DNA of 64,000 bases from Octopus vulgaris (Eukaryota): positions 166,408,001 through 166,472,000 of the forward strand of contig OX597815.1 of the NCBI GenBank assembly GCA_951406725.2. The letters are read 5' to 3'. The translations under genes and the position numbers were made by a program. Shown piece after piece: positions 37,628 through 52,638 of this stretch. The notes below the pieces were generated by a model. It made no database searches. It saw only the letters and a list, made by a program, of their open reading frames with translations, and was not told the origin of the DNA. Position 1 is the first letter of the stretch; each line of letters opens with the position of its first letter.

Positions 37628-38649
37628 GTATTATTAACCTTTTGAAAGAAGAAAGCAGATATATCCGCTCAAAATTTTATTACGCTCAACTGCAGAAAGT
37701 GGTTTTCACCTAAGGGCTTTGGGGAATTAAAATATATATATATATTAAAAAGAAAGCTCTCCTTATGCTGCAAGAAGTGGAGACACTCGGGAAACTTCTT
37801 ACAAAAAAAAAAAAAAAAAATTCAGATTTTTTTTTTTTTCTTTCTCCATATTTCATCAAAAAGCAAAATTCAAATACTTATAGTGTTGTATATGAAAACC
37901 GTATCTAGAATGTTCTGCAAAAAACAGAAAATATATCAATTTCATTTGATGGTGGCTAATCGACATCGTTATGGGGATGCTCATGGAATTTGATTATACA
38001 ATCAAAGGTTTAAGCCGTATAACGCTAGTAATACATACAAACATACTGAGTGCATTACACACCTACATGTACGCGCACGTATGGAAGTATGTATATATTT
38101 GTTCACACACGTATGCATTTGTTTGTTCTAACACATATATTTTCCTTCTATAATCTGAATAAATTCAGTTAATGCCCTTCAGAATCGTTAGCACGCTGGG
38201 CAAAATGCTTAGCATTTCGGCCACTTTACGTTCCGAGTTCAAATGACGCCAAGGTCGACTTTACATTTCATTCTTTCGCGGTCGATAAAACAAATACCAG
38301 TTGTACACTGGGGTCAATGTAATCGACTTAGCCCCTCCCTCGAAATTGCTGGTCTTGTGCCAAATTTTGAAACCAATATATTTGTAGACGCTCTGCATCA
38401 CGTGGTCGCAACACTGGGCAGGTGTCCTTTGTTATAGACGCGGGCTAACCAATGCCTTGTGAGTGAATTTGGTTGACAGAAACTGCGTGGAAGCCCATCA
38501 CCTGTGTGTGTGTGTGTAACTGTGTTTGCACTCTGTTGACAACCGGTGCTGGTTTGTTTACGTCCCTGTAAATTAGTGGTTCGGCAAAAGATATCGATGG
38601 AATAAGCACCGGTCTTACAAGAAGAAAAAGAAAAACGAAAAAAAAAACG

Positions 38650-38882
38650 TAGTATTCCCTCGACTATCGCGGGTGTTACGTTCCAATCCCCAACCCACGT
38701 GATAGCTAAAAATCCGCGAAGTAGCAACAGCACTGTCCTGTATGTTTTTTTTTGTTGTTATTTTTTATAATTTGTACATATTTATTTTATTATAAACGCA
38801 AAACAACACTACGGAGGAATCGAGACGTAAGCTTAAATAATAAACCGCGATAAGTGAATCGCGATATGGCGAGGGATTACTG
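38650..38882. mobile_element. pogo/Tigger-like MITE nested in a SINE A tail
   Basis: TIR agtattccctcgactatcgcg versus reverse-complement cagtaatccctcgccatatcgcg; SINE A resumes at about 38884. Confidence 0.7.
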
Positions 38883-39585
38883 CATTGGGATCGATTTGTT
38901 CAACTAAAAGCCTTCATTCAAGGTGATGAATGAAACGAGTAAAAAGAAAAGTGAAACGTGTAAATTCGATTATCCTATTCTAAATGACTCTTAAACGGTG
39001 CACTGCTGTTATTTTTTAATATATAATTTAAGGCTTTGGAAAATCCATATTAATCCTTAAGCGTCTCGACAAACGTATTATTTCATGATTTTGTCAAACA
39101 CAAGTAGACTAAGTATTATTAGTAATACGTGAGAAGCACTAGCTGACATTAAAGCAATTTTAAAAGCTTCCCACTTCGTAGTACGCCAATTAATTATAAT
39201 TTCCTTACCAATTAATTTCACTTTTTGTATTTTTTGATATGAAGTACGCTTTAATTTTTTTTTTGATTTGATCTCTAATTTGCTACTACGTAAAAAAAAT
39301 AATAATTAAAAGATTTGAGAACTACTGCTCTGCCCTTACCTCTGGGTTTGATCTACGAATCTCCACAAATTTGAATTGAGAACGGCGGGATTTGAACTGA
39401 GAACGTAAAGGGGCGCAAGAAAATGCCGCAAAGCACTTTGTCTGATGTGCCAATGATTCTGCCAGCTCCCCACAAAAATAATTAATGGACAGATGCAGTC
39501 AGTGTGGCCGCGGCAGACAAAGCGGCGAGCTGGCAGACACGTTAGCGCGCCGGGCGAAATGCTTAGCGGTATTTCGTCTGTCGTT

Positions 39586-40425
39586 CCACCATCGTTGATT
39601 CAACCGGTGATGGTTTCTTTTACGTTCTGTGACTTAGCAGTTCGCAAAGAGACCGATAGAATAAGTACCAGACTTGAGAAATTAGTACTGGGTCGATTCG
39701 TTCGACTAAACCCTTCAAGGCAGTATGGTCACAGTTCAATGCTGAAACAAATCAAAGACGAAATATTAAATAAGTATTCACATAGTCATGCACACACACA
39801 TACTCTCTCTCACAAGGGAGCCTATATGCAATCGCATAAGTCTGATTTTATCAGTGTTACTTACTCGGGGTCAAACACACTCTACCATCCTGTAATAAAA
39901 GATAATGACACGTACATGCGAAAGCATGGTTGTGTGGTTAAGGAGCTCGTTTTGAAACCACATGGTTTCTGGTTCAATCCCATTGCATGGCACCTTGAGC
40001 AAGTGTCTTGCCTCTATGTGCTTCCATAGTTTAATGTATACCTGTGAATAAATTTTTGGTAGACAGAACCTTAAAGAAGCCTGTCATATATATGTGTGTG
40101 TGTGTGTGTATGTATGTGTGTGTGTATGTGCATGTATGTGTCTGTGTGTGTTTGTGTTTGTCTCCCACCATCGTTGATAACCGGTGATGGTTTCTTTTAC
40201 GTTCTGTGACTTAGCAGTTCGCAAAAGAGACCGATAGAATAAGTACCAGACTTGAAAAATTAGTACTGGGGTCGATTCGTTCGCCCTTCTCTTCTAAATA
40301 CCCCGCAGCGCAGACTTAACGCACATTATTTCTTATACCACTGGGATTCTTTTTTCACTTTCCCCCTGGGAGCATCTTAGATCATAAGTCTGATTTGATC
40401 AGTATTACTTACTTGGGGTCAAACA
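39586..40425 (+). repeat. local duplication involving a SINE A 3' half and flank
   Basis: 39586-39704 matches 40165-40283, and 39835-39877 matches 40383-40425. Confidence 0.8.
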
Positions 40426-40909
40426 ACAAGGATAAGATTTGAGGATAAAAGTAGAAAAGTCAAGAGAGGAGATATTAATGAGAAGAGCATAGACTAAATT
40501 AGCGTATTTAACGACGAGTGATATTTTATACGGCAGTGTGTCATGGAACATTCATTTCAGCTACCTGCAGCGATTCCCCTGCGGTACTGGCTTTACGTAT
40601 TGTAATATTCTCGAACACTTTTAAGTAACTTGCCTAGGAGACACGAGTCGCCGATCTCTCGGTTGGTTTTCTTCTGTAAGCTTATCGATTCTACCATCTG
40701 TTTTCTCTTTTGTTCCACCCCACTCTCCCCTCTCGTTCTTCTTTTTACCTTCTAGAGTTGACAAGTGAAGAGTCTATCAGCTAATCATTTAAGTGCCAAC
40801 TTAAGTCTTTGTCCATTTCTAAAATTAGAGGTACTTACAATGATACTATCTGATCGACTATTTTAACCATAGAGTCTGTTAGAAATAACAGCCAAATCTT
40901 CATCAGACA

Positions 40910-41310
40910 TCGTGGCTGTATGGTAAGAAGCTAACTTCCCAAATACATGGTTCCGGGTTCATTCCCACTGCTCGAGACTTTGGGTATGTGTCTTCTGTAG
41001 TAGCCACTAGCCGACCAAAGCCTTATGAGTGGATTTAGTAAACGGAAACTGAAAGAATTCAGTCGTATATATGTATATATCTATGTGCATGTGCCTTTGT
41101 GTCTGTCCCCACCACCACAACACCACCGCTCGACAACCGATGTTGGTGTGTTTATGTCCCCGTAACTTATCGGTTCGGCAAATGGGATCGATAGAATAAG
41201 TGTCAGGCTTTAAAATGCGTAAGTCCTGTGGTAGATTCGTTCGATCAAAATTCTTCAAGGCGGTGCCCCAGCATGACCAAAGTCTGAAACAAGTAAAAGA
41301 CAAGATAAAT
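40910..41310 (+). mobile_element. SINE A
   Basis: Family motifs. Confidence 0.82.
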
Positions 41311-41593
41311 CGCATTTTACACTCTTAAAAAATAAAAGGATGGATGGATCTTGTTAAATTTGTTCCAAAGACTCGAAGAATTTCAACAGGTAGTTTTGGA
41401 GTAGTTTTGCGTGCTGACGACGAAAATCGCATCAACATTTTTTTTTTGGTCTTGAAATAAATAGCAAAACAGCAACAAGCATTTAAAATCATGTAATTGT
41501 AACCAATCGAATCCTCCGATTGCCGAACATACCAGAAACCGTGATTCTTAGTCCTCAGGAGAACAGCACATACAACGTAGACGATGATGTCTT

Positions 41594-41646
41594 GATATCT
41601 GATGAGACAGGCGCATCCTACGCATACACGAAACTTTGTCATATGG
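41594..41646 (+). ncRNA. minimal hammerhead ribozyme-like motif
   Basis: atat-CTGATGA-G...gcg/cgc...C-GAAA-C-ttt-GTC^atat: full core and 4-bp helix I; helix II is weak. Confidence 0.45.
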
Positions 41647-41848
41647 AGCTGAGTCAAACTATTGTTGTTATTATTATTATTATCATTGTGTGTGTATGTG
41701 TGTGTGTATGGCTCCCATCAAATGTGTTGAGTACCACTTTCTTTCGCTTGTCCACTCAATTGCACTCGTCACGATTGGAAACGCCTTTTGTAACCGATTT
41801 GTTTGCCGCTGAACTATTATTGTACAACAAATAAAGACCAAATGAACG

Positions 41849-41964
<116 letters not shown>

Positions 41965-42108
41965 CACATATATATATATATATATACAAACACACACAGA
42001 GTGTGTCGTTTGCCAGTTGGAGGAGATGTCTTCCTGAGGTTAAGAACAACAGTAACATCGTCCTCTAAGGGACCGCCACATTTAGTTAGCAAATATATTT
42101 TACGATAC

Positions 42109-42156
<48 letters not shown>

Positions 42157-42892
42157 TCTCTCTCTCACTCACACACACACACTTGCAATAATAGAATAAC
42201 AGAAATGCGTCACGATGAGAGGGCTTAAAAGATCAGTAGATACGGTATGCATGTATGTATACATGACACGCCTAAATTTCCCCAAACATAAATGACATTG
42301 CAGTAAGCCAGCTTTCTCCACCCTATCACGCAATCAGCACATTAATATTCACTCATTCTTTCACTCACTCACTCACTCACTCACTTGCACTCCAACACGG
42401 CTAACCACGTTCGGAAGCTATTATAAACTCGCACGCAAAGTCTATTTATATTGCATTCCCCTTCTTTACGATGTTGCTGATGATAGCATGGCTAGACGTC
42501 ACTCGCTAGCGACCATAGCTTGGTAGCGTGTGCCGCGCTTGTTTTGAGTACCTATGTAGACAACGACAGGCACCGTCTCAAACCCTTCACGGTTTGACTA
42601 AATGGCATATGATAATGGCAGCTGGATAGAAGGAAAGCTGCATCAACAAAGGGCAAGCATTCGTTTACAACTGACTAGGAGGTGACAACGTGAAATGGAG
42701 TACTTGATCAACAGCAGAATGCGCTGCCTGGTCTTGGGAAAGAACCCGTGACCTTATGATCAGGAGTCAGACATCCTAAAGACTAGGCCTCGCACTTACA
42801 AGATGTTATTAATACATCCTGTTTACTCTGTCAACGATGGAGTCTGTACTTGGTCGCTCGGCTTCAAGAAACAACAGTAAGAATCACTCATA

Positions 42893-42943
<51 letters not shown>

Positions 42944-43678
42944 CACACATACATACATACATACATACACACTCCCGTCTCAATAAAGGACATGTTGTAG
43001 CTCTGAATATCACTTGAAAGACTTAAGGGTGCTGGGTTCTCGATCGCAAGTTCATGGCTTCAGTTCCTAAACTGGATGACCTTTGAGCAAGACCTTACTC
43101 ACTGCTTCATTTCTGGTTGGCCCAGTGTACTCAGCTGTAAATAAGTATCGACACAATTCCAGGTGTAACGGTCACATTCTCGATGTTTTGCTGACCTAAG
43201 GGTGGGAAGACCAAGTGTGCATCTATGCCTGCTTGCAACTGCATAGTCACCTAAAACAATTAGCGTAAGCATGGTACATTTAACCAGATCATACCTTATC
43301 CCAAGAGACGATTAAGATATGCATATAACAAAAACGAGCAAAGAGAAATAACTCGAAGTGGCCTGTGGCCTGTATTCGAATAGCACAAATACAGGTATAT
43401 CAAATAGCATACAAAATAACACAACCTCTAAAGGCGGATATAATTTTAATAATTCAAGAATTTTTGTTGTATGTTATCTGATCGTCTCAGTATCTCCCTC
43501 CCTCACTCTCTCTCCCCTCCCTCCCTCCCTCACACTCTCTATCCCACCCTCCCTCTCTCCCTCTCTCCCTCCCTCCATATATATATATATATATATATAT
43601 GCGACTTCTGCAGCACCAGAAGTCACTTATATTTTAGCCAGGGCATGCCATTTTAAAACTATAAGGTATTTCTTTCTG

Positions 43679-43723
<45 letters not shown>

Positions 43724-43791
43724 ATACATGTATGCATACATACATATACTCATGCATACATGTATACATACATGTACACATACATGGACGC

Positions 43792-43844
<53 letters not shown>

Positions 43845-44051
43845 CACAAACATACGTTTATGTATTTGTTTTGCTAGATTCTTGATGTGAAAACGCGTAT
43901 TGAAAAGCAGATATCGTTATACTTAGGGATGGTCTTTTTATTATATTAATTTTTTTTTTGCCAATTAAACACACGCACTATTTATTTGCTCTTCACTCTA
44001 CTTTCTATTCATATTACTTTTAGTTTGTTGTATTATATTATATTATTTGTT

Positions 44052-44460
44052 GGCGTGGGCGTGGTCGTGTGGTAAGTAGCTAGCTTACGAACCACATAGT
44101 TCAGTGTTCAGTCTCACTGCGTGGCACCTTGGGCAAGTGTCTTCTACTATAGCCTTGGGCCCACCAAAGCCTCGTGAGTGGATTTGGTAGACGGAAACGG
44201 AAAGAAGCCCGTCATATATATATATATATATAGTGTGTGTGTGTGTGTGTACGTAGTTTGGGAGAGTGTGTGTATACGTTTGTGTGTCTGTTTTTGTCTC
44301 CCCAACAACGCTTGACTTAGCGGTTCGGCAAAAGATGCCGATAAAATAAGTACTAGGCTTACAAAGAATAAGTCCCGGGGTCGATTTGCTCGACTAAAGG
44401 CGGTGCTCCAGCATGGCCACAGTCAAAATGACTGAAACAAGTTAAAGAGTAAAAAGAGTA
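44052..44460 (+). mobile_element. SINE A (first of a tandem pair)
   Basis: Family motifs with a small internal deletion. Confidence 0.88.
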
Positions 44461-44488
44461 TAGCTGAAGTAGAGTAGAAATGTATATA

Positions 44489-44904
44489 GGCGCAGGAGTG
44501 GCTGTGTGGTAAGTAGCTTGCTTACCAACCACATGGTTCCAGGTTCAGTCCCACTGCGTGGCACCTGGGGCAAGTGTCTTCTGCTATAGCCTCGGGCCGA
44601 CCAATGCCTTGTGAGTGGATTTGGTAGACGGAAACTGAAAGAAGCCTGTCGTATATATATGTATATATATATATGTATTTGTGTGTATGTTTGTGTGTCT
44701 GTGTTTGTCCCCCTAGCATTGCTTGACAACCGATGCTGGTGTGTTTACGTCCCCGTAACTTAGCGGTTCGGCAAAAGAGACCGATAGAATAAGTACTGGG
44801 CTTACAAAAGAATAAGTCCCGGGGTCGATTTTCTCGACTAAAGGCGGTGCTCCAGCATGGCCGCAGTCAAATGACTGAAACAAGTAAAAGAGAGTAAAGA
44901 GAGT
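44489..44904 (+). mobile_element. young full-length SINE A
   Basis: Consensus-like, with (GTAAAAGA)n-type tail. Confidence 0.92.
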
Positions 44905-45614
44905 ATACGGTTTTAATAACAATCTCTCGTAATTAGGAAAGATTTATTAATAAAAGTGGGTTTTGTCATTTGCTTTCTTCATTTACATATCCGAAATATG
45001 ATTTGCGTACCCCTAGTATTTCATTGCTGAAACACCGATATATAGTTTACACAAAAAAAAATTCCTGTCTTAAATTTCGCCTTACAAGACTTAGGTTCAT
45101 CTTAGATGAAAAGACTTTTATCCACATCGAATAGAATTATTTCACAAAAGTCTGTTGTCTGTCTGAATGTGTATGTTTATATAATAAACCACCCGAAGGT
45201 ATGTTTACGCGGATGTCTGCATGTAGTGCGTGCGTGCGTGCGTGCGTGCGTATGTGGTGGTGGTGGTGGTGATAGTCTGGAAGGGTTCGCTTTAGAAGCT
45301 GGATTCATTCAGGTTTGTTTTGTAATTCTTATTGAACAAAAGCAGTGGGTGTGGTTTTGGATATGGGTAAAGAAGTAAGGTAGAGAAAAAATACCCAATT
45401 GGAATGCATTATGAGCAAATAAGATGCAGCAGCAGTGTTTCTCATGTTAGCGGTGATGGGGGGTTTCATGGGGTGTGGCTGGCTGGCTGTTCGACTGAGG
45501 ATGACAGGAAGGAGGCTCAGTAAATATGAAAACATTGCTTTTAATATCGCTCTGTCTCTTTCCATTCCTTCACCCTTCCCTCTTCCGCCACCACTATAGT
45601 AATACACATACACA

Positions 45615-45775
45615 CTTTCTCTTTACGTTTCTCTTTACGTTCTAGCTTACCTCTTTCTCTTTAGATTACTATATTTTTCCTCTTTCTCTTTACGTTCCCC
45701 TCTAGCTTACTATATTTTCCTCTTCTCTTTACGTTCCCCTTTAGCTCTATATTTTTCCTCTTTCTCTTCCTCCTT
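45615..45775. repeat. pyrimidine-rich minisatellite (ttctctttacgttcccctctagcttactatatttttcctc variants)
   Basis: Direct reading. Confidence 0.75.
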
Positions 45776-45874
45776 TCTCATTCTTCCTTTTCTTTTATCG
45801 CTCTCTTCTTCTTCCTTTATTGTTTAGCTTTTCACTTTGTGTGTTTTTTATGTGTGATGTATGTATCTATTTTA

Positions 45875-47367
<1,493 letters not shown>

Positions 47368-47831
47368 ATTACAATTATTTATGCAGGTATGTGTGTGTGT
47401 GTGTGTGTGTGGATACACAAGCGTACGTGCATGTGCTTAGCACATACACCTTGCATGTGTGTGTGTGTTTGTTTGCTGTACACACACACACATATCTTTA
47501 CGTGTGTGTGTAGGGGGTAGTGTGGGGGTAGATCCACATCCACACTATGATTTTTACGTTGATATCCAAGTGACTCTTAATCCGGTCGTCATCTTTAAAA
47601 GAATGTAAAATAACGATAGGAAGTTTGTAGCATTGTGCGTCATGTGATACGTGACGCTACTGGCGGGGGTGGGGGAGGGTGGTGGTGGGGGTTCGGCATT
47701 TTCTTTTTCTTTCTTTTTCATTTTATTTTATTTTGTTTCAATACTACACAATGACGAATTGTGTCGGCAGGTGGAGATTAAAGGTATTTATGTCATGTGT
47801 AGGTGTAGGCTTCAATACACACCTACACAAG

Positions 47832-47897
<66 letters not shown>

Positions 47898-48030
47898 CAC
47901 GCACACAAACGCATACATATATACATACATAGGTACATGTAAATATATATATATATATATAAATGAATATAAGAACATATGTACATGTCTGTATATGTGC
48001 GCTTGTATGTGTATATGCATGTAAAATGTA

Positions 48031-48077
<47 letters not shown>

Positions 48078-48086
48078 ATATATCTA

Positions 48087-48148
<62 letters not shown>

Positions 48149-48437
48149 ATGCATACGTCAGCATTGTGTGTATGTGTGTGCACCTTCTGCAAATTCCATG
48201 TGTGATAATACAAGCTGTGCTTGGCAAGGCCGTCGGGCGCTAAACCTGCAATACAACCGCTATAAAATGCATGTGTTACCTGAGGCATTTGGCGCACGCA
48301 CGCACACACACACACACACACACACCGTATTAAAAATTCAGAATCCCAGGACAGTGTTCATAGAGCGCTTACTATGAATACACTTACCAGATGCAAATAA
48401 TTACTTTTACTTGTTCGTTATTCTTGATTGATTAGGC

Positions 48438-48900
48438 CAGGGGTCGCCAAACTTCTTCCTCTACAGTGACCCCCTTTAGCCACTTCTTCCGTATCGACCC
48501 ACTTTAACTACTTCTTCTGCATCGACCACCCTCATCATTTAAAAATACCTTAATACCATATCTTTCCGTACCATATCTTAAAATGCGTACCGAGTACTGA
48601 TGCTGGCAATTAAAATATTAGCCGTACGAGTATACAGTATTAAACTTTCAATTTTTATGAAATTGTTTTCACTGTTAGAAAATGTGAAAAAAGCCTCATA
48701 TTGCTGGAAGATCATGCATTGAAACTGACAACGTCAATGTGAAGTATGAGCATAGCAAAGTCAATGTGAGGTATGATCCGCTCACTTAGCCATCTTAAGC
48801 GGAGCTGATACACATTGAATAATATAGTTAATATAGGTATGAGCAAATGCTTGGTGATCAGGCTCGATCGATGGAGCCCAATGAAGTATAATATTATGGA
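48438..48900 (-). mobile_element. hAT-type DNA transposon remnant (one TIR, possible decayed transposase C-terminus)
   Basis: caggggtcgccaaactt terminus at 48438; minus-strand KHLLIP segment weakly resembles the hAT dimerisation region. Confidence 0.4.
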
Positions 48901-50226
48901 CATCACTTTCATTTAAGTCAATGATCACGAACCAATCAAGTCTGTGCGACACATGGCTGTAGTTTTTTTTTTATTTTTCTGTCAAAGTAGAACCTTATTG
49001 TATTTAGAAATTTTCCATTATCGTTTAACTGATATTAATTTATTCTAAGACAGGCATGAACAACAACCCTTCTCAAGAAGCAGGTCGCATGAGACATGAC
49101 TCGTCATTAGGCGGTCAACACGGCAAAAAAAAAAAAAAATTTCAACGTAATTTTTTGTTAGGCAGTGCCATTCAAAAAGTCTTGAAGGTCGAAGTTTAAC
49201 CATGACTATTGTAAGGCTCTGTTCGGTCACATATGTCATGTATCTGAACTTGGGAAGTTTTCCATTGAACATGGGCTAGTTTTTTTTTTTTTTTTTCGTT
49301 TTTTGCCCTTTTATGGAAGACCAGTTGTTGCTAATGCTGTATACACCAGTCAACTCTGTTGCAGGCATATAAGAAAGACAACTCTGGATGTTCATGCACT
49401 ATTTCCTACTAGAGCAACCTATGAGCTGTGGTTTCTTTCTGTTCTATGTACCACCAACTCTGGATGCCCCCTGATTAAGCTATACATTTTTGTGGCTTAA
49501 TTTTTCTTTTCTTCGATCCGCTCACTTAACCATCTTAAGCGGAGCTGATACACATTGAATAATGTAGTTATTGGCATGCTTTTGCAATGAGAGCAACGGA
49601 TGAATGGACATAATTTGAACGTCTTTGATCTTGGATCAACTCTGCGTAATCAGAACTGACCTGTTGCTTTATAACAACAACAACCAAGCCATAACGGTCA
49701 CTTGATTCCGGTACTTATGTTGTCAGTAGCAGACATAGATACCCGTTTCCGCCCTCCTTCTCTTGACCACGTGGAAAATCGAGGATGAAAGAGATGGCTG
49801 CATTAGCACTCGGAGATGAGACTTAATTTCAGGAGAGAAGACTGGAACAATGAGAAATACGACTTACTCAATGACACAACGTAGCATCCGGTTCAGTATT
49901 CGAACCCACACCCTCATGATCGTGAGCCCAACACCTGAATCACTTCGCCATGTAACTTCACTTATAATAACCTTTCTACTATAGGTACAAGGCCTGAGAT
50001 TTGGGAGGGGAATGGTTCATCGATTACGTCGACCCCAGTGGTGTCAAAGGGATGAAAGACAAAGTCGATTTCGGAGGAATTTGAACTCAAAACATAAAGA
50101 CAGAAGGAATGCCGCTAAGCATATTGCCCAACGTGCTAACGATTCTGCCAACTTAGCTTAATTTATAATAACAACAGCAATAATTTCTGGCGTTTTTTAT
50201 CATGTATTTGAAAATATTAACGCGTA

Positions 50227-50426
50227 CGGGGTGCAGTGCTAAAAAGTTCCTGGCTTTGAGGAAAAGAAAATACAGGAGGATCAATTAGTTATGATTTTTA
50301 TCCAACGTATTCCCCTCTAAGCGATACTTAAGTTTTTCTAAACCCTGTAAAAGAACTTCGAAGGTTGGGCCACCAACCAGGCCCTCTGCAATTCCCTTAA
50401 AGCTAGGGACTTTTCAGCACCCCTTG
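50227..50426. mobile_element. mariner/Tc1-type MITE
   Basis: TA|cggggtg...gtgctaaaaagttcctggcttt and aaagctagggacttttcagcaccccttg|TA; a related deleted fragment lies at about 21560-21612. Confidence 0.75.
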
Positions 50427-50594
50427 TACGTCTTTAACGAGTTCTTACAATTTCAGTTAAATCAGAAAAAAAAAAAAACATGTCTCAGACAGTCAGTGAT
50501 CCAATATTCCTAGTGCGCTAAGTAAATTTGATACAATGCACAGCATATTGCAGTAGTCTTTGCTACTACCAGTCTTATATTATAGCCAGAGACG

Positions 50595-50639
50595 GTTTGT
50601 TTATTGGATGGAGTAAATAAATTTTGTTACCATGGCAAC
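50595..50639. promoter_or_regulatory. candidate RFX X-box with adjacent forkhead and CCAAT motifs
   Basis: GTTACCATGGCAAC (50626-50639), with TGTTTAT, ATTGG and GTAAATA within 30 bp upstream. Confidence 0.4.
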
Positions 50640-51032
50640 TTCACTAGACTTTGTAAAGTGTAACAAAGAATGTAATGGTTAATTTAGAGGTATGTTGTAG
50701 ATGGCTGGTAAAATGCGCGCGCATGTAGATATGTAGTGTGTGTGTGTTTGACATGATGATTGCAGACGATGAGGGTTCTTGATTCAGAGGCTGCCATCTA
50801 TATTTTCTGTCTAAAATGTTTTTACACCCTAGCGTTCACCTACTTTTACTTATAGCTTCACTTGCTTCCAGATTCTCTGTTACAGATACAACTGTGTGTG
50901 TGTGTGTGTGTGTGCGTGTGCGTGTGTGTGTGCGTGTGTGTGTGTGTATAGGCCAGTGAATTGAGTATTTTCAACATAGATGGTGTGATCTGTGGTCTTC
51001 TCAGATGTTTCATTAGTTGTAATATTATTCAA

Positions 51033-51293
51033 GTGGAGGCGCGTGGCTTAGCGGTTAGGGTGTCAGCATCATGATCGTAAGATTGTTGTTTCGATTCCGG
51101 GACCGGGCAACGCGTTGTGTTCTTGAGCAAAACTCTTCATTTCACGTTGCTCCAGTCCACTCAGCTGGCAAAAATGAGTAATGCTGCGATGGACTGGTGA
51201 CCCGTCCAGCTGGGGAACACATACGCCATTGAAACCGGGAAACAGGGCCCATGAGCCTGGCTAGGCTTTAAAAGGGCGCATTTATCTATTTTT
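51033..51293 (+). mobile_element. SINE C (OK-like)
   Basis: TSD taatat(t/c)attcaag at 51020-51033 and 51294-51307. Confidence 0.88.
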
Positions 51294-51671
51294 TAATATC
51301 ATTCAAGCAAATTTAAGATGTCGTTATTCTGAATATTGTTATGTTACTTAAGAAAAATACAAACTCATGGGAACGAGCATTGTACTCCTAATGTATGCTT
51401 TAACACATACATACATACCCTGTTGTTGATGTTGAAATTACAATGAAGGAGCCTTAGATCTAGGTTAGAAACTGGCTCTTTCTCGGCTGGCGAGACATTT
51501 TGAAAGAAAACTGAATAATTGCACGCATACATGCAGTGTGTCCGTTAAGTCATGGTGACATTTCAAAAGTATTTATTGATGCAACTTACAACACTGCATA
51601 TTTGTTGCAAGATACATCAATAAATAGTTTTGAGATTCCCACATTGACTTTACGGACACTCTCTCTCTCTG

Positions 51672-51743
<72 letters not shown>

Positions 51744-51772
51744 AATATGTAGAGATATATATGTAGAGAGAC

Positions 51773-51826
<54 letters not shown>

Positions 51827-51924
51827 GGAGAGAGATAACAAACATGCATTCATATGCCTATCATTGTATATCTATAACGATCGGATTATCGAGTGCTATT
51901 ATACACAGCCGGTCATAATGGGCA

Positions 51925-52433
51925 CATATATATGTATGTGTGTGTGTGTATATGTGTATATATGTATATGCATATATATATATACATTTATACATACATA
52001 AAAATAATAAGTATATATACATATATATATCCCTATATATATATACATACATATATATGCATATATATATATACATATATATAAATATATACACATATAT
52101 ATGTATATATATGCATATGTATATACATATATATATGTGCACACATACATATATGCATAGGTATACACATGTATACATGTATATGTGTGTATATATATGT
52201 ATATATATATATATGTGTATATATGTATGTATATATGTGTGTATATACATATATATACACATATATGTGTACGTGTGTATATATATATGTATATATCTGT
52301 GTATATATATATGTATATATCTGTGTATATATATATGTATATATGTGTGTGTATATATATATGTATATATGTGTGTATATATATATGTATATATGTGTGT
52401 GTGTATATATATATATGTGTGTATATATATGTA

Positions 52434-52487
<54 letters not shown>

Positions 52488-52489
52488 CA

Positions 52490-52538
<49 letters not shown>

Positions 52539-52594
52539 ATATGTGTATATATATGTATATGTGTATGTATTTATGTGTATATAGATATGTATAT

Positions 52595-52636
<42 letters not shown>
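51925..52636. repeat. compound (TA)/(TG)/(CA) microsatellite, about 700 bp
   Basis: Direct reading. Confidence 0.95.

Positions 52637-52638
<2 letters not shown>

Noticed and set aside
41520-41834. 104-aa ORF (PNIPETVILSPQENSTYNVDDD...)
   Set aside because: Non-ATG start, runs into simple repeats and has no recognisable homology; the hammerhead-like motif is a better lead.
42477-42502. CTGATGA-TAGC-atg-GCTA-GACGTC, hammerhead-like start
   Set aside because: It lacks the GAAA box and the G:C pair at the base of helix II.
51440-51482. ATGAAGGA-GCCT...AGGT-TA-GAAA-CTGG, hammerhead-like layout
   Set aside because: The CUGANGA box and NUH triplet are both absent, so it is too degenerate to call without a family consensus.
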